Part shown: positions 63,500 through 64,000 of the stretch, one piece after another
Numbering within the stretch: the stretch's first letter is position 1
Layout: each line of letters starts with the position of its first letter
Program-made: the position numbers and the translations under genes
The notes under the pieces: generated by a model
Seen by the model: only the letters and a program-made list of their open reading frames with translations
What the model was told of the DNA's origin: nothing
Databases searched by the model: none
NCBI GenBank assembly: GCA_963707645.1
Contig: CAVPQW010000005.1
Coordinates: 427,309-491,308, forward strand
Length of the DNA stretch: 64,000 nucleotides
From: an uncultured Actinomycetes bacterium
Lineage (GTDB): Bacteria; Actinomycetota; UBA4738; JACQTL01
Direction of reading: 5' to 3'

Positions 63500-63529
63500 T
63501 TGACAGGTGACTCTGGAGTCACCTATCGT
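63500..63529 (+). promoter_or_regulatory. Candidate promoter (TTGACA-18 nt-TATCGT) overlapped by a perfect 9-2-9 palindrome (aggtgactc tg gagtcacct, 63505-63524), likely the ArsR-type operator
   Basis: TTGACA 63500-63505, palindrome 63505-63524, TATCGT 63524-63529, ATG 63539. Read directly. Confidence 0.6.
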
Positions 63530-63538
63530 CCGGGGAAC

Positions 63539-64000
63539 ATGGACGAGGTGTTCCGGGCCATCGGCGACCCCCATCGCCGCCACCTCCTCGACCGGCTCGC
63601 GGAACGCGACGGGCAGACGCTCGTCGAGCTGACCGCGACGCTCGAGCCGATGACGAGGTTCGGCGTGGCGAAGCACCTGGCCGTGCTCGAGGAGGTCGGC
63701 CTGGTCGTGAGCAGGCGGGAGGGGCGACGCAAGTTCCATTTCCTGAACCCTGTGCCGATCCGGCTGATCCACGACCGGTGGATCTCCCGGTTCGCGGAGC
63801 CGTTCGTCCGGACGCTCTCCGACATGAAGCGCGACCTGGAAGGAGTCCCCGAGGTGGCAGCGGACGGCAAGCACGTGTTCGAGGTGTACATCCGGGCGAC
63901 GCCCGAACGAATCTGGAAGGCGATCACCGACCCGGCCGAGACCCACCGGTACTTCTTCAGCACCGCGGTCGAGTCGTCGTTTCGGGAAGGCGAACCGATC
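63539..64000 (+). CDS. ArsR/SmtB-family HTH regulator fused to SRPBCC (AHSA1-like) domain; 3' end beyond the window
   Basis: My own translation (ORF runs off the window, so it is absent from the track): 'MDEVFRAIGDPHRRHLLDRLAERDGQTLVELTATLEPMTRFGVAKHLAVLEEVGLVVSRREGRRKFHFLN...' then 'FEVYIRATPERIWKAITDPAETHRYFF'. Confidence 0.85.
   Translation, partial: MDEVFRAIGDPHRRHLLDRLAERDGQTLVELTATLEPMTRFGVAKHLAVLEEVGLVVSRREGRRKFHFLNPVPIRLIHDRWISRFAEPFVRTLSDMKRDLEGVPEVAADGKHVFEVYIRATPERIWKAITDPAETHRYFFSTAVESSFREGEPI

Overview
High-GC (about 70% by eye) chromosomal window with an Actinomycetota-type gene set: a mycothiol-dependent DinB/MDMPI enzyme, an F420-type LLM oxidoreductase, DivIVA, a PknB-like kinase, and FCL-galU-moeA-moaC synteny. 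I call about 70 protein genes, one tRNA-Ala(CGC), a few repeats, and three regulatory or terminator elements. I see no transposase, integrase, CRISPR array or rRNA. Most long ORFs in the six-frame track are Arg/Pro/Gly-rich off-frame or antisense artefacts of the GC content. Real genes were picked by protein-like composition, family motifs, RBS/start context and 4-nt start/stop overlaps.

Content runs as follows:
- envelope and two-component genes (0-10 kb)
- small stress-membrane proteins and ACC deaminase (10-15 kb)
- a lower-GC copper-oxidase islet next to the tRNA (15-19 kb)
- a molybdopterin/Glp-GlpR-like division locus (21-26 kb)
- MTAP, an orphan CpaB and TldD/PmbA (27-34 kb)
- polytopic glycosyltransferase-like membrane proteins (34-38.5 kb)
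- cell-wall hydrolases, a LuxR fusion, a BBE-like oxidase and a phospholipase C-family gene (38.7-46.6 kb)
- kinase/DivIVA (46.5-49 kb)
- a tightly coupled folE-PTPS-methyltransferase-GT4-SDR operon (49.9-53.5 kb)
- assorted metabolism through gdhA, ending in a partial ArsR-SRPBCC gene

Main leads:
1. The pterin operon, which I infer makes a glycosylated or methylated biopterin-type pterin.
2. A dense run of about 19 single-base frameshifts confined to 25.2-46.4 kb, 17 of them apparent +1. The flanks are essentially clean. This is most likely an assembly-quality problem, but it must be resolved.
3. A multicopper oxidase with a near-identical tandem duplication of a Cys4 metal-binding module.
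4. A candidate structured leader, possibly a c-di-AMP riboswitch, upstream of an M23 peptidase.

All function calls come from motif recognition by eye. No database search was run.
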